Assembly (NCBI RefSeq): GCF_001194135.2
Contig: NC_068989.1
Location: forward strand, 10,518,111 to 10,582,110
DNA length: 64,000 bases
Direction: 5' to 3'
Source: Octopus bimaculoides
Lineage: Eukaryota
Positions 49,661 to 57,830 of this stretch are shown here, piece after piece; positions within the stretch are counted from its first letter, which is position 1, and each line of letters opens with the position of its first letter. A model generated the notes under the pieces. That model made no database searches and was not told where the DNA came from. It worked only from the letters and a program-made list of their open reading frames with translations. A program made the position numbers and the translations under genes.

Positions 49661-50093
49661 AACCACCACCACCGCCACCACCGTCGTTGTCACCATCACC
49701 ACCACCACCACCGTCGTCGTCACCATCACCATCACCACCAACACCACCATCATTACTACTGCCACCACCACTACCACCACTATTGCTACCACCATTACCA
49801 ACACCAACATCACCATCGTTGCTACTACCAATACTGCTACCACCATCACCAACATTACTACTACCACTATCACTATCACCATTACCATTCCCAACACCAC
49901 CACCATGATTACCATGACTACTCCCCATCCCCAATCCCCAACCAAATTTTAGTGCTGAACTGATTTTAATTTAACTCCTTTATTTTATTTTGTTTCTTTG
50001 CAGATATTCAAGCAACTCAACTGGAATCACTGTGCTGAATATTTTGAAAATTTATTGCTAGTTAAATATCCCAAGAGTTACCGACCATTTTGA
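2962..50093 (+). CDS. TPP2: Tripeptidyl-peptidase II, 5'-partial, 27 coding exons in window (1167 aa + stop)
   Basis: Manually spliced exons give one uninterrupted frame with TPP2 hallmarks: HGTHV (catalytic His), [16 protein letters not shown] (catalytic Ser), [33 protein letters not shown]. Every intron is GT-AG with matching phases. The catalytic-Asp exon is not in the window. Confidence 0.97.
3212..3411 (+). mobile_element. Family A LINE-3'-end-derived repeat ending CCATGCTAGCATGG...CGTTAAA(YGA)n
   Basis: Near-identical to many other copies in the window; (GAT)n tail; starts 50 nt after the exon 1 donor. Confidence 0.85.
3418..3918 (+). mobile_element. Two tandem family B SINEs separated by (ATT)n (3629-3700)
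   Basis: Two heads at 3418 and 3701 with the same body. Confidence 0.85.
4924..5048 (+). CDS. TPP2: TPP2 exon 2 (125 nt)
   Basis: tttag|GATGAG...TGGAG|gtaaat; [41 protein letters not shown](R). Confidence 0.95.
5459..5858. mobile_element. tRNA-headed, hammerhead-bearing non-autonomous retroelement, head-to-head inverted dimer
   Basis: + copy 5624-5858 has A box (TAGCATAGTGG), B box (GAGTTCAATTCC), hammerhead and (ATGTAAATA)n tail. - copy 5459-5622 is internally deleted. Flanked by 12-bp direct repeat AGCTTTAGTAAA (5447-5458, 5859-5870). Confidence 0.8.
5761..5806 (+). ncRNA. Minimal type I hammerhead ribozyme (Penelope-associated type)
   Basis: Stem I GACAC(5761-65)/GTGTT(5802-06); core CTGATGA(5766-72) plus extra A; stem II GGCTG/CAGCC with 10-nt loop; GAA(5794-96); palindromic helix III ACGT; predicted cleavage after GUU at 5801. 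Confidence 0.75.
6743..6840 (+). CDS. TPP2: TPP2 exon 3 (98 nt)
   Basis: ttcag|GGCC...GCAG|gtagat; [32 protein letters not shown](D). Confidence 0.93.
7374..7439 (+). CDS. TPP2: TPP2 exon 4 (66 nt)
   Basis: ccag|ATATG...GCTG|gtaagt; [21 protein letters not shown](G). Confidence 0.94.
7638..8034 (+). mobile_element. CORE-like tRNA SINE family C with internal (TG)n
   Basis: Head TGGCTGTGTGGTTAAG...GGTTCAGTC, CORE-like CACCTTGGGCAAGT, internal microsatellite, then 3' half. Other copies near 11640, 17800, 24480, 41890 (+) and 2590, 31700, 44085, 47675, 53000, 60150, 60785 (-). Confidence 0.8.
8132..8286 (+). CDS. TPP2: TPP2 exon 5 (155 nt), catalytic His codon 8137-8139
   Basis: ttag|GCTCT...GCA|gtaagt; [51 protein letters not shown]. 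Confidence 0.97.
8692..8768 (+). CDS. TPP2: TPP2 exon 6 (77 nt)
   Basis: gtag|ATGGTC...GGTGG|gtaagt; [25 protein letters not shown](G). Confidence 0.95.
9922..10075 (-). mobile_element. Probable degenerate non-LTR reverse transcriptase fragment
   Basis: [20 protein letters not shown] resembles the YADD catalytic motif and its downstream helix. Confidence 0.45.
10290..10400 (-). mobile_element. RTE-clade LINE ORF C-terminal remnant
   Basis: [30 protein letters not shown] matches the RTE C-terminal D-T-G...EDL..AM.DR..W pattern. Confidence 0.65.
10650..10922 (-). mobile_element. Family A repeat
   Basis: Reverse-complement tail TTTAACGTCTGCTTTCCATGC and body. Confidence 0.85.
11291..11418 (+). 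CDS. TPP2: TPP2 exon 7 (128 nt)
   Basis: gtag|GCGT...ATCG|gtaagt; [42 protein letters not shown](G). Confidence 0.96.
12615..12714 (+). CDS. TPP2: TPP2 exon 8 (100 nt)
   Basis: ttag|GTGTT...CCTGC|gtaagt; [32 protein letters not shown](A). Confidence 0.95.
12850..13700 (-). mobile_element. Degenerate Penelope-like element RT remnant
   Basis: Minus-strand [11 protein letters not shown] (13043-13011), spaced like PLE KIHKxxxxGRP, then DTTN...SSLY (SLY at 12861-12853); multiple stops and frameshifts. Confidence 0.55.
13723..14003. mobile_element. hAT (Charlie-like) MITE
   Basis: TIR CAGGGGTTTTCAAACT / AGTTTGAAAACCCCTG; perfect 8-bp TSD CTCTAGCG. Confidence 0.92.
14225..14358 (+). CDS. TPP2: TPP2 exon 9 (134 nt), catalytic Ser codon 14325-14327
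   Basis: tcag|ACCT...ATTG|gtaagt; [44 protein letters not shown](A). Confidence 0.97.
14489..15001 (-). mobile_element. Family A repeat, duplicated across the 10-N gap
   Basis: Two copies with the same unique flank on either side of the gap at 14749-14758. Confidence 0.8.
15215..15647 (+). mobile_element. Two tandem family B SINEs
   Basis: Two AGAAACGTTAGCATGCC heads near 15230 and 15447. Confidence 0.85.
15979..16109 (+). CDS. TPP2: TPP2 exon 10 (131 nt)
   Basis: acag|CGTTG...CAG|gtaaat; [43 protein letters not shown]. Confidence 0.96.
16864..17041 (+). CDS. TPP2: TPP2 exon 11 (178 nt)
   Basis: atag|GTTGAA...ACTG|gtaaat; [59 protein letters not shown](V). Confidence 0.94.
17378..17451 (-). 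mobile_element. tRNA-like (pol III) head within short inverted repeats
   Basis: Minus strand GGGTAGTTTAGCTTAATCGG...GTGAGTTCGTGTCC has A- and B-box-like motifs; acceptor stem imperfect, so not called a tRNA gene. Confidence 0.55.
18382..18536 (+). CDS. TPP2: TPP2 exon 12 (155 nt)
   Basis: acag|TGCAA...GAA|gtaagt; [51 protein letters not shown]. Confidence 0.94.
18735..19110 (+). mobile_element. Family A repeat with internal modules
   Basis: GTGCAGGTGGCACGTAAAA modules and the standard tail. Confidence 0.85.
19641..19717 (+). CDS. TPP2: TPP2 exon 13 (77 nt)
   Basis: tcag|ATAAAA...ATAAA|gtaagt; [25 protein letters not shown](K). Confidence 0.93.
20488..20594 (+). CDS. TPP2: TPP2 exon 14 (107 nt)
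   Basis: tcag|AATT...GGAG|gtattc; [35 protein letters not shown](V). Confidence 0.94.
22425..22579 (+). CDS. TPP2: TPP2 exon 15 (155 nt)
   Basis: ctag|TTTTG...TTG|gtatgt; [51 protein letters not shown]. Confidence 0.93.
22612..22915 (-). mobile_element. CR1-type LINE 3' end
   Basis: Minus strand [29 protein letters not shown] matches the CR1 C-terminal RK.FF..RV...WN.LP pattern; followed by presumed 3' UTR. Confidence 0.75.
23178..23548 (-). mobile_element. Family C SINE with internal (CA)n
   Basis: Reverse complement of the family C head, CORE-like body and 3' half. Confidence 0.8.
23907..24088 (-). mobile_element. Family A repeat
   Basis: (CAT)n tail plus GTTTAACGTCCGCTTTCCATGCTAGCATGG. 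Confidence 0.85.
25045..25408 (+). mobile_element. Full-length tRNA SINE family D with (AAC)n tail
   Basis: A box TGGCCCAGTGG, B-like box CTTCGATTCC; 11-bp TSD ACAATAGCCCC (25034-44, 25409-19). Confidence 0.9.
25909..26182 (+). mobile_element. Family C SINE (5' part lost in gap)
   Basis: Body, (TA)n(TG)n and 3' half. Confidence 0.85.
26556..26672 (+). CDS. TPP2: TPP2 exon 16 (117 nt, phase 0-0)
   Basis: acag|GATAGC...ATG|gtacag; [39 protein letters not shown]. Confidence 0.94.
26740..26980 (-). mobile_element. Family C SINE head and body with microsatellite
   Basis: Reverse complement of the family C 5' half; begins about 70 nt after exon 16. Confidence 0.8.
27477..27577 (+). CDS. TPP2: TPP2 exon 17 (101 nt)
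   Basis: gtag|CATGCA...CTTCG|gtaagt; [33 protein letters not shown](R). Confidence 0.94.
27701..27800 (+). CDS. TPP2: TPP2 exon 18 (100 nt)
   Basis: gcag|ACCT...TTG|gtatgt; [33 protein letters not shown]. Confidence 0.95.
28311..28578. mobile_element. Fold-back (palindromic) element
   Basis: 130-bp arms (28311-28440, 28449-28578) with 14 mismatches by hand alignment; 8-nt loop. Confidence 0.9.
29399..29536 (+). CDS. TPP2: TPP2 exon 19 (138 nt)
   Basis: ttag|AGCAAA...CGT|gtaaga; [46 protein letters not shown]. Confidence 0.95.
32022..32269 (+). CDS. TPP2: TPP2 exon 20 (248 nt)
   Basis: gcag|TATAGT...GATAA|gtgagt; [51 protein letters not shown]...[11 protein letters not shown](K). Confidence 0.95.
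32690..32890 (-). mobile_element. LINE ORF-end / 3' UTR fragment (family A parent)
   Basis: Reverse complement of GACCTTTGGAGATATGCTGTGCTTGAGAA (DLWRYAVL), as at 40705. Confidence 0.7.
32932..33207. mobile_element. hAT MITE, same family as 13723-14003
   Basis: Identical 16-bp TIRs; perfect 8-bp TSD CCCTAATT. Confidence 0.92.
33463..33541 (+). CDS. TPP2: TPP2 exon 21 (79 nt)
   Basis: tcag|ACTT...TCT|gtaagc; [26 protein letters not shown]. Confidence 0.92.
33950..34249 (+). mobile_element. Family A repeat
   Basis: Modules plus standard tail. Confidence 0.88.
35130..35630. repeat. Degenerate CA-rich low-complexity tract
   Basis: Interrupted (CA)n runs. Confidence 0.8.
36985..37130 (+). CDS. 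TPP2: TPP2 exon 22 (146 nt)
   Basis: gcag|ACCTCT...ACAAA|gtaatt; [48 protein letters not shown](K). Confidence 0.93.
37184..37398 (+). mobile_element. Family B SINE with TSD
   Basis: 14-bp direct repeat TATTAATTACTGGT at 37170-83 and 37399-412. Confidence 0.88.
38040..38222. mobile_element. piggyBac-like MITE
   Basis: ACTCTTTAGCATTCA...TGAATGCTAAAGGGT inverted ends; related copies at 42745-42907 and 49174-49360. Confidence 0.6.
38993..39092 (+). CDS. TPP2: TPP2 exon 23 (100 nt)
   Basis: gtag|ACTT...AAA|gtaagt; [33 protein letters not shown]. Confidence 0.94.
39783..40030 (+). mobile_element. tRNA SINE family E (CORE-like plus V-like domain)
   Basis: tRNA head, CCTTGAGCAAGACACTT...CCACTCAGCTG, then ATGGACTGGTGTCCTGTCCCAGG; related copies at 19281-19520 and 48900-49090. 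Confidence 0.65.
40700..41128 (+). mobile_element. 5'-truncated LINE 3' end (parent of the family A tail)
   Basis: Encodes [19 protein letters not shown], followed by modular UTR and the CCATGC..GCATGG..TTAAA(TGA)n tail. Confidence 0.75.
41638..41768 (+). CDS. TPP2: TPP2 exon 24 (131 nt)
   Basis: tcag|GATCGA...AAAAT|gtaact; [43 protein letters not shown](I). Confidence 0.93.
42457..42703 (+). CDS. TPP2: TPP2 exon 25 (247 nt)
   Basis: tcag|AGAA...AAA|gtaagg; [22 protein letters not shown]...[13 protein letters not shown]. Confidence 0.95.
43152..43579 (-). mobile_element. Two tandem family B SINEs
   Basis: Two reverse-complement copies head-to-tail. Confidence 0.85.
45165..45570 (+). mobile_element. 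Family C head joined to a family-A-like LINE tail
   Basis: Head and CORE-like body, (TG)n, then TCCTTGCCTTGACATC...CCATGCAAGCATGG...GTTAAA. Confidence 0.8.
47000..47656 (+). mobile_element. Long family A repeat with several internal modules
   Basis: GTGCNNGTGGCAC modules at 47220-47500 and the standard tail. Confidence 0.85.
48001..48120 (+). CDS. TPP2: TPP2 exon 26 (120 nt)
   Basis: gcag|GTGATT...GAA|gtgagt; [40 protein letters not shown]. Confidence 0.94.
49569..49920. repeat. Compound trinucleotide microsatellite (ACT)n-(ACC/ATC)n
   Basis: Pure (TAC)n run followed by degenerate ACC-rich triplets; intronic. Confidence 0.92.
50004..50093 (+). CDS. TPP2: TPP2 terminal coding exon 27 (90 nt incl. 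TGA)
   Basis: gcag|ATATTC...TTTTGA; [29 protein letters not shown], matching the TPP2 C-terminal W-x-H-C...Y-P...F pattern. Confidence 0.94.
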   Translation: MFKQLNWNHCAEYFENLLLVKYPKSYRPF

Positions 50094-50168
50094 ATTTAAT
50101 TACCCAGACATTTTGCTAATAACTCTAAGTTCCCCCCTTTCCCCATATTCTGCATTACTGGATGGTCA

Positions 50169-50174
50169 AATAAA
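50169..50174 (+). promoter_or_regulatory. Candidate polyadenylation signal for TPP2
   Basis: First AATAAA after the stop codon; motif only, no transcript support. Confidence 0.25.
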
Positions 50175-50182
50175 CAGCAGGG

Positions 50183-50213
<31 letters not shown>

Positions 50214-50523
50214 CTATTATTAATATTAATTGGTTTCGATCTTTGATTGATACACAGTCAATTCTCCATTGCCTTGTAATGGCTTTGGGAATGGCATGAA
50301 TGTCACGATACACCGATTTCTCCTTCCTCTAAGATGTAGGGCGTTTATGCCTAACTAAAAAAAAAAGAAACCATTATTATTATTATCATCATTATTATTA
50401 TTGTCACTGAGACCAGGAGCATTGACAGTTAGTTGTTTGATGGAAGTTGATGCCGACACATTTCTGTACATAAACTCTGTCAAATTTGAGTTGCCAAAGC
50501 TTCATATTCTTCCTGCCCTCTCT

Positions 50524-50567
<44 letters not shown>

Positions 50568-51456
50568 CTTTCTCTCTCATTTTCTCACTTGCTTCTCGTG
50601 CTCTTCTCCTGTCCTTTCTCTTTGTGAGACGGAGAACATTTTGGTTCCATTACGTTACTTGCCAGTTTCAATTCTCACTCCACAACCATCACTTTAGCTG
50701 TTCCCTCCCTACCTTTTTTTTTTTATTTAAAAAGAAAAAAAAAAAGCAACAGATTTTTAAGTAACTTTTTTTTTGAAGATATCCTTCTTAAAATTATTTT
50801 AATTAAAAAATTTTTTACTCTTTCCAGAGAGCAATTTGTNNNNNNNNNNNNNNNNNNNNNNNNNNNNNNNNNNNNNNNNNNNNNNNNNNNNNNNNNNNNN
50901 NNNNNNNNNNNNNNNNNNNNNNNNNNNNNNNNNNNNNNNNNNNNNNNNNNNNNNNNNNNNNNNNNNNNNNNNNNNNNNNNNNNNNNNNNNNNNNNNNNNN
51001 NNNNNNNNNNNNNNNNNNNNNNNNNNNNNNNNNNNNNNNNNNNNNNNNNNNNNNNNNNNNNNNNNNNNNNNNNNNNNNNNNNNNNNNNNNNNNNNNNNNN
51101 NNNNNNNNNNNNNNNNNNNNNNNNNNNNNNNNNNNNNNNNNNNNNNNNNNNNNNNNNNNNNNNNNNNNNNNNNNNNNNNNNNNNNNNNNNNNNNNNNNNN
51201 NNNNNNNNNNNNNNNNNNNNNNNNNNNNNNNNNNNNNNNNNNNNNNNNNNNNNNNNNNNNNNNNNNNNNNNNNNNNNNNNNNNNNNNNNNNNNNNNNNNN
51301 NNNNNNNNNNNNNNNNNNNNNNNNACACACACACACACACACACACATACATATGCACATATATGAATGTGTGCGTATGTATGCATGTGGACATGTGTGT
51401 GTGAATATATATATATATATATATATATGAAATCTGCACACACTGTTTGTATATGC

Positions 51457-51660
51457 AAGCCATTTTGCAGTATTGAAGCCTGGTTTGACTTGACACAAAA
51501 AGTGTTGATTGTTGAGTTGACAGTGCACTGGGCAGGCAATATTAAGTGGGCACACGAAAGGAAGGGCCTAAAATATGAAGCACTTAGGAAATCATGTGAG
51601 GCACAAGAATGGTAGTCTACAGAGCTTCTTGTAAAGTTGGGATGTTTTTACTGTGGTTGT
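51457..51660 (+). mobile_element. Restriction-like endonuclease (REL) remnant of a non-LTR retrotransposon (HERO/NeSL-like)
   Basis: KVLIVELTVHWAGNIKWAHERKGLKYEALRKSCEAQEW*STELLVKLGC matches the I-E-L-T-V-P-W...A-H-E-R-K..K-Y...C...G-W...V-E-V-G-C pattern. Confidence 0.7.
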
Positions 51661-51827
51661 AGTTCGATTTGCAATGTTCAAATTGGCCAGCATCCGATTT
51701 CGGAAAGAAAGCAAAACAGTGAGTCTCTAACTGGAGAGAGGCAAGTGGGAAATGTTTTCTTGATATAGTAAATTCATGTGAGAGAAAGATGAATGGTGAG
51801 AGCAAAGATGAAATCCTCAACAATTGA

Positions 51828-52106
51828 CCCATTACCTCCCATAATTTTACTAACTGGAATTTTTTTACGAAAATTTGATTTCTAGCATAAAACAACCTTA
51901 GAAACATACTGGAATGATCAAAATAACATTTCAAAATAACATTTTAAATAGAAATAAGCGAGATATTGGGTGAAAAATTAGCAAATATCAGAGAAATATA
52001 CCTAGTAGATATAGCAAAAAGGTTAGATATGTGTAAATATTGATAGATAATTACAAAATTTGTAATTTTTAAGTGATCTCATATGAAATCACTGGTAGGT
52101 AATGGG
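51828..52106. mobile_element. piggyBac-like MITE
   Basis: TIR CCCATTACCTCCC / GGTAGGTAATGGG; flanks TTGA and TTAA. Confidence 0.65.
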
Positions 52107-54445
52107 TTAATAAAACATAAAGCAAAATAGTTGATGCATACTTGGAGTAATTGCATTTGCACTCACTTTTGTGTGGTGGCCACATAAATTATGGAAATAT
52201 AGGAAAACCTGGATATTTGTTGGTATCATTAATGCTATGGGTATGAGATGTTTTGGCTCAGCTGTTTTGATGACGCCTATTCGGCATTGCTGATTTGACT
52301 CTGACTTATTTGACATCAGATGTTCTAATGTTTCTTTCAACCTCTTCCTCTGCTCTCATTCTCTTTTCCTCTGTTTATGTGGGTGAGCATATTTGTTTTT
52401 ATATCTCTATGTGTGATTTTTTTTGCACTTGCGTGCATGGGTGTGTGTCTTCCTCCAGCACTAAAAGACACTGTCGGCAAATGTCCAGTCAGCCATGTCA
52501 AATCATCAGTGTCCAGACAATTATGTCTTGTCGTCTCATTCCACAATCTTTCTTGACACCACTGGATGGTGCAGTACTGTCAAAAGCTACCAAAACTATT
52601 ATTATCTCTGATCAGCAGCTGATGAAGGGAGCATCCCACTGTTTGAGTTGTATATAAAATATATTCATGTATGAATCTCTAAACATACATATTTGTGTAT
52701 GTGTATGTATATCACACACACACACACAAAAGGATATTTGTGTTAATCTATTAATCTATTTATCTATCTGAATGTCTGTGATTGTGCAAAGAATACAAAA
52801 GTAAATTGATTTGTATATCAATGTTGTGTATTCCAGTCGGCTGATCAACATAATTTCTTTTCCTTTGAAAATAGTGCAAATGGCTGGGTATTCCACTGTT
52901 ACATATGCTCTTAATGTAATTTTCTGGTAGAATCATGGTGACACAGTGTGTGATAAGGTTTTCCCTATTTGACTTTCAAATTGGCCCAACAAGCTTCTAA
53001 CTAGTTTCTGCCTGTCCAGTTTTACTGACAAGGTCAAGGTTGACTTGAGGCTATGGTAAAAGGTGCACAGCCAAGGTGCCACACCGTGGGATCAAACGTG
53101 GTGCCTCATGATTGCAAAGCAAATCTTAACCATTCAGCCATTGTGTGTGAGTAAGACTCTCTTACTCTCAGTCCTTTGATATATATATATNNNNNNNNNN
53201 NNNNNNNNNNNNNNNNNNNNNNNNNNNNNNNNNNNNNNNNNNNNNNNNNNNNNNNNNNNNNNNNNNNNNNNNNNNNNNNNNNNNNNNNNNAAAAAAAAAA
53301 AAAATGAAAATGTGTGAAAGAGAGGGAAGGTAAAAAAAAAGAGAGAAGGAGAATAAGGAGTATCTGTAACATTGTTACTTTATTGTGAATGATTATGAAA
53401 GAATGAATCACAAGAAATACTAATAAATGACTTAGATTCATGAATTGTGTTGTGTTGTTTTCATTCCCATAGTTAAACTGTTGATTTTATTTTCTTGGTC
53501 TTTGTCAAAGCTTGTAACAACATTCATAAACATTCATAACATCCATAAACCATAAGCTTTGCATTTTAAGATTTAGTTTTTAATGCCCCATATCTCCTTG
53601 TAAGTAACAAAGCTGTCAACAACATTTTTCTTTCTCTCTGTCTGTTTTTGTTTCGTCTGAAGAAAGGAAGAGGCTATGTCATGCTCATCTACTTTGCAAA
53701 CCTTTCAAGACTGCTGAAATCAATAACATTCGGCATGTTTGTGTGAAAGTCGACATTTGACAAAAGAATGACTGGGCATAGTGGTTAGAGCAGGACCCAA
53801 AGGAGGTGATCGACACCATGTGGACAACAAAAGGGGGAGAGGTTAGTGTGAGAAGTGGCATGACACTAAGCTAGCTTTGAAGAATAGAGGCCAATGTTGT
53901 AGTAGTAGTAGTAGTAGAAATGACAGAGAGAAGACACAGCTCGATTGTAGCCAAAAGTTGGAATGTGTTGGTGAGCGACAACATGTCAGTCAGTCAAATG
54001 AGTTGCCATATTCTGTTTTAGGATGTTCTGTGTGTATAGCAGCAGCGTTGTACCAAATGCTCCATTGTAGGTTTCAGTTATACTTTGTAGAGTGTTAGTT
54101 GATTGCTGGGGAATCTTGAAGTACTTTCCAGTTTTGAAAAGGATGGCCAGTCTTCGTCATGCAATCCTTTTTGTGCTCTTTTTACTCCTCGGACTCATAA
54201 GGCTGGTTACCTACTTTTCACGGCATATAAGTGATTGAGGTTATGACATTCCTTCTGAACAGGACTGACACTGGTCTGTTGTAGGGTTCAAAACCACCAA
54301 TTTTTTTAGGGGAGGGGGAAAGTCGATTACATTGACCCAAGTACCTAACTGGTACTTTATTTTATTTTATAGTATTCAAAGCAATTTTGTTTGACTTGAT
54401 GGGTCTTCTACTCAGGTATGACCATAATGCCAAAGGCCTTGGTTA

Positions 54446-54742
54446 TTGCCTCTGTGAGGCCCAACATTCGAAAGGAACTCAGCCACTTTGCCTCCATGAG
54501 GCCCAATGCTCAAAAGGAACCCAGTCACCTTGCCTCTGTGAGGCCCAACACTCAAAAAAGGAATTCGGCCACTTTGCCTCCATGAGGCCCAATGCTCAAA
54601 AGGAACTCGGTCACCTTGCCTTTGTGAGGCCCAACACTCAAAAAGGAACTCAGCCACTTTGCCTCCATGAGGCCCAATGCTCAAGAGGAACTCGGTCATC
54701 TTGCCTTTGTGAGGCCCAACACTCAAAAAGGAACTCAGTCAC
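54446..54742. repeat. 42-44-nt minisatellite, 7 units alternating A/B
   Basis: TTGCCTYTGTGAGGCCCAACA... alternates with TTGCCTCCATGAGGCCCAATG... Confidence 0.92.
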
Positions 54743-55189
54743 AAACTCTCAAATGGCCTAGTGATGGACTGAAAAGGTATTTTAAAAAATTGCTCATAGG
54801 TGCTGGCATGCTTTTGTGTTTAAGAAGTTCGTTTGCCAATCACATTCTTTCAGGTTCAGTACTACTGCCTGGTGCCTTTGGCAAATGTCTTCTATAACTC
54901 CAGACTGAATGAATTTGATAGAACGAAACTGCGTGGAAGTGGGGGCTGCAATCTGATGACTGAAACAAGTGAAAAAATAAAAGAAACAAGTACACTTACA
55001 ATAGGTGAGCATTTGTGTTTATCCCTGAACTGGTTCGCTTGACAAGCAGTATTGGTTGCTTTATGTCGGTGTAATTTAGCAGTTCAGCTAAAGAGTTTGA
55101 TAGAATAAGATTCAGACTTTAAAAATAAGCACTAAGGTCGATCTAATCTACTAAACCCTTTACAGTGGTACCCTGGCATTGTCGTAGAC

Positions 55190-55466
55190 CAGTGGTTCTC
55201 TAAGTGGGCGGTATTGCACCCCTGGGGTCAGTGGAAAGTTCCAAGGGGCCATTGAAAAAAAAGTGGGGCGATAGTGGGGTAGTGATTCATGTAAAAACAA
55301 ACAAAATAATGGGTTTGTTAGGTTAAGTTTTATTTGTGAAATACAGTTGCTTTGAATTTGCTTCAGAAAGAGTTCTATATTTGTGATGGTTAGTTGGGGT
55401 GGAGGCGCTAGGAATGTGGCCTGGGTGTCAGGGGTGCAGCAACCTGAAAAAGTTTGGGAACCACTG
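55190..55466. mobile_element. hAT-type MITE
   Basis: TIR CAGTGGTTCTC / GGGAACCACTG; degenerate 8-bp TSD TCGTAGAC / TCACAGAC. Confidence 0.75.
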
Positions 55467-55484
55467 TCACAGACCAATGACTGT

Positions 55485-55872
55485 TGTTGTTGGCCCTCCG
55501 TCGCTTACGACGTCGAGGGTTCCAGTTGATCCGATCAACGGAACAGCCTACTCGTGAAATTAACGTGCAAGTGGCTGAGCACTCCACAGACACGTGTACC
55601 CGTAACATAGTTTTCAGAGATATTCAGCGTGACACAGTGTGACAAGGCTGACCCTTTGAATTACAGGTACAACAGAAACAGGAAGAAAGAGTGAGAGAAA
55701 GTTGTGGTGAAAGAGTACAGCAGGGTTCGCCACCATCCCCTGCCTGGGCCTTGTGAAGCTTTGGGTGTTTTCGCTCAATAAACACTCACAACGCCCGCGA
55801 AATCGAAATCGAAACCGCGATCCTATGACTGTGAATCCGCTGCCCTAACCACTGGGCCATTGCACCTCCACT
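55485..55872 (-). mobile_element. Full-length family D SINE
   Basis: Reverse complement of the 25045 element; 11-bp TSD CCAATGACTGT (55474-84, 55873-83). Confidence 0.9.
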
Positions 55873-57004
55873 CCAATGACTGTAGTAAGTGAATAAAAGA
55901 AATGTAGTCTGGTTAGACAGTGGATTGTGCTGTAAACATCCAAAGGATTAGGAGTTGTTCTGAAATATAGGGGTGTATTAATAGAATGGAATGGGTTTAT
56001 GACATCGGAGGCATAGTTTATTTAACCTATCTTAATTCCCCATGATATCTATACATTTCTGTGGACATAATTATCATCGTTCTTTAGCATCCGCTTTCTC
56101 TGCTGGCATGGATTGGGCGGTTTGATAGGAGTTGGTAGCCAGAAGACTGCGCCAAGCTTCTCTGTCTGCTTTGGCATGGTGTCTATGGTTGGACGTCCTT
56201 CTTATTTCCAACCACTTTATGGAGTATACTGGGTGCTTTTTATGTGGCAGCAGCATCAGTGAGGTCACCAAATAACTTGCAAGACAAAACTCCTCCACTG
56301 AAGGAGGTGGCTTTAGGTGATAAGAGGTTTAGTGTATGATAGAGGGACTGTAAAAGGTGTCTTGATGTAGAGAGATATGCCGGTATCTCTGTTGGAAAGA
56401 GAGAGAGGTTGAGAAGATTGTAAAGATGTCGAGGTGTACTTTTAAGTTACACGGGTGAAGGTGTATATAAGTGAAGTGGTGTAGAACATTCATCGGATGA
56501 GTGGACAGCTAAGTTTGCCAGAGTTCAAAAGGAGTGGGAGGTGGAGTAGAGGGGAATGCAGTGAGCAGGTAGGTGAAGGGTGGGAGAGGATGTTAGGAAG
56601 ATACGTTGTGGAGGGAGATTTGTTAGGGACGGGTTGTGCGCAAGTAAGTTAATGAGAGGAGAGTGGGAGATAGAGAGGGATGGCAATGAAGTGAGTGGTA
56701 AACACGGTTGGAGGTTCTGGGGTGCTTACACATGACGGTGAGTAGTGTCAACTTACTGCCATATTCTTTGTTATTTTTTCCCTTTCAAGAGTTGAAAAAT
56801 AGCTGGTTGTAAAATCTCAAGAGGAGATCAGAGTGGTAACTATACTAACAAGTAAAGTCATTCACCACGTCAGAGTGGCTGTTCCATGCTACTACTAGTT
56901 CAACCCCAGGCAGATCTTCTGCCAGTGGTTAAATTAGTAGTAGCATAGAACAGCCTTTACTAGTTAAAAAGAACAAATTTCAGAAAAAAGTCATATGGCT
57001 CTCT

Positions 57005-57211
57005 CTCTTTTACTTGTTTCAGTCATTTGACTGTGGCCATGCTGGAGCACCGCCTTTTGTCGAGCAAATCAACCCCAAGACTTATTCTTTGGAAGCCTAG
57101 TACTTATTCTATCGGTCTCTTATGCCGAACCGGTAAGTTACGGGGATGTAAACACACCAGCATCGGTTGTCAAGTGATATTGGGGGGACAAGCACAGACA
57201 CACAAACATAT

Positions 57212-57250
<39 letters not shown>

Positions 57251-57794
57251 NNNNNNNNNNNNNNNNNNNNNNNNNNNNNNNNNNNNNNNNNNNNNNNNNN
57301 NNNNNNNNNNNNNNNNNNNNNNNNNNNNNNNNNNNNNNNNNNNNNNNNNNNNNNNNNNNNNNNNNNNNNNNNNNNNNNNNNNNNNNNNNNNNNNNNNNNN
57401 NNNNNNNNNNNNNNNNNNNNNNNNNNNNNNNNNNNNNNNNNNNNNNNNNNNNNNNNNNNNNNNNNNNNNNNNNNNNNNNNNNNNNNNNNNNNNNNNNNNN
57501 NNNNNNNNNNNNNNNNNNNNNNNNNNNNNNNNNNNNNNNNNNNNNNNNNNNNNNNNNNNNNNNNNNNNNNNNNNNNNNNNNNNNNNNNNNNNNNNNNNNN
57601 NNNNNNNNNNNNNNNNNNNNNNNNNNNNNNNNNNNNNNNNNNNNNNNNNNNNNNNNNNNNNNNNNNNNNNNNNNNNNNNNNNNNNNNNNNNNNNNNNNNN
57701 NNNNNNNNNNNNNNNNNNNNNNNNNNNNNNNNNNNNNNNNNNNNNNNNNNNNNNNNNNNNNNNNNNNNNNNNNNNNNNNNNNNNNNNNNNNNNN

Positions 57795-57830
<36 letters not shown>

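Noticed and set aside
49442-49952. Poly-Thr/Val/Leu/Ser/Gly ORFs (mucin-like)
   Set aside because: Translations of a trinucleotide microsatellite, open in several frames; no splice or domain evidence
54446-54742. CRISPR-like look of the regular repeat (also the family A modules)
   Set aside because: No unique spacers, no cas genes, eukaryotic context; units derive from a LINE UTR
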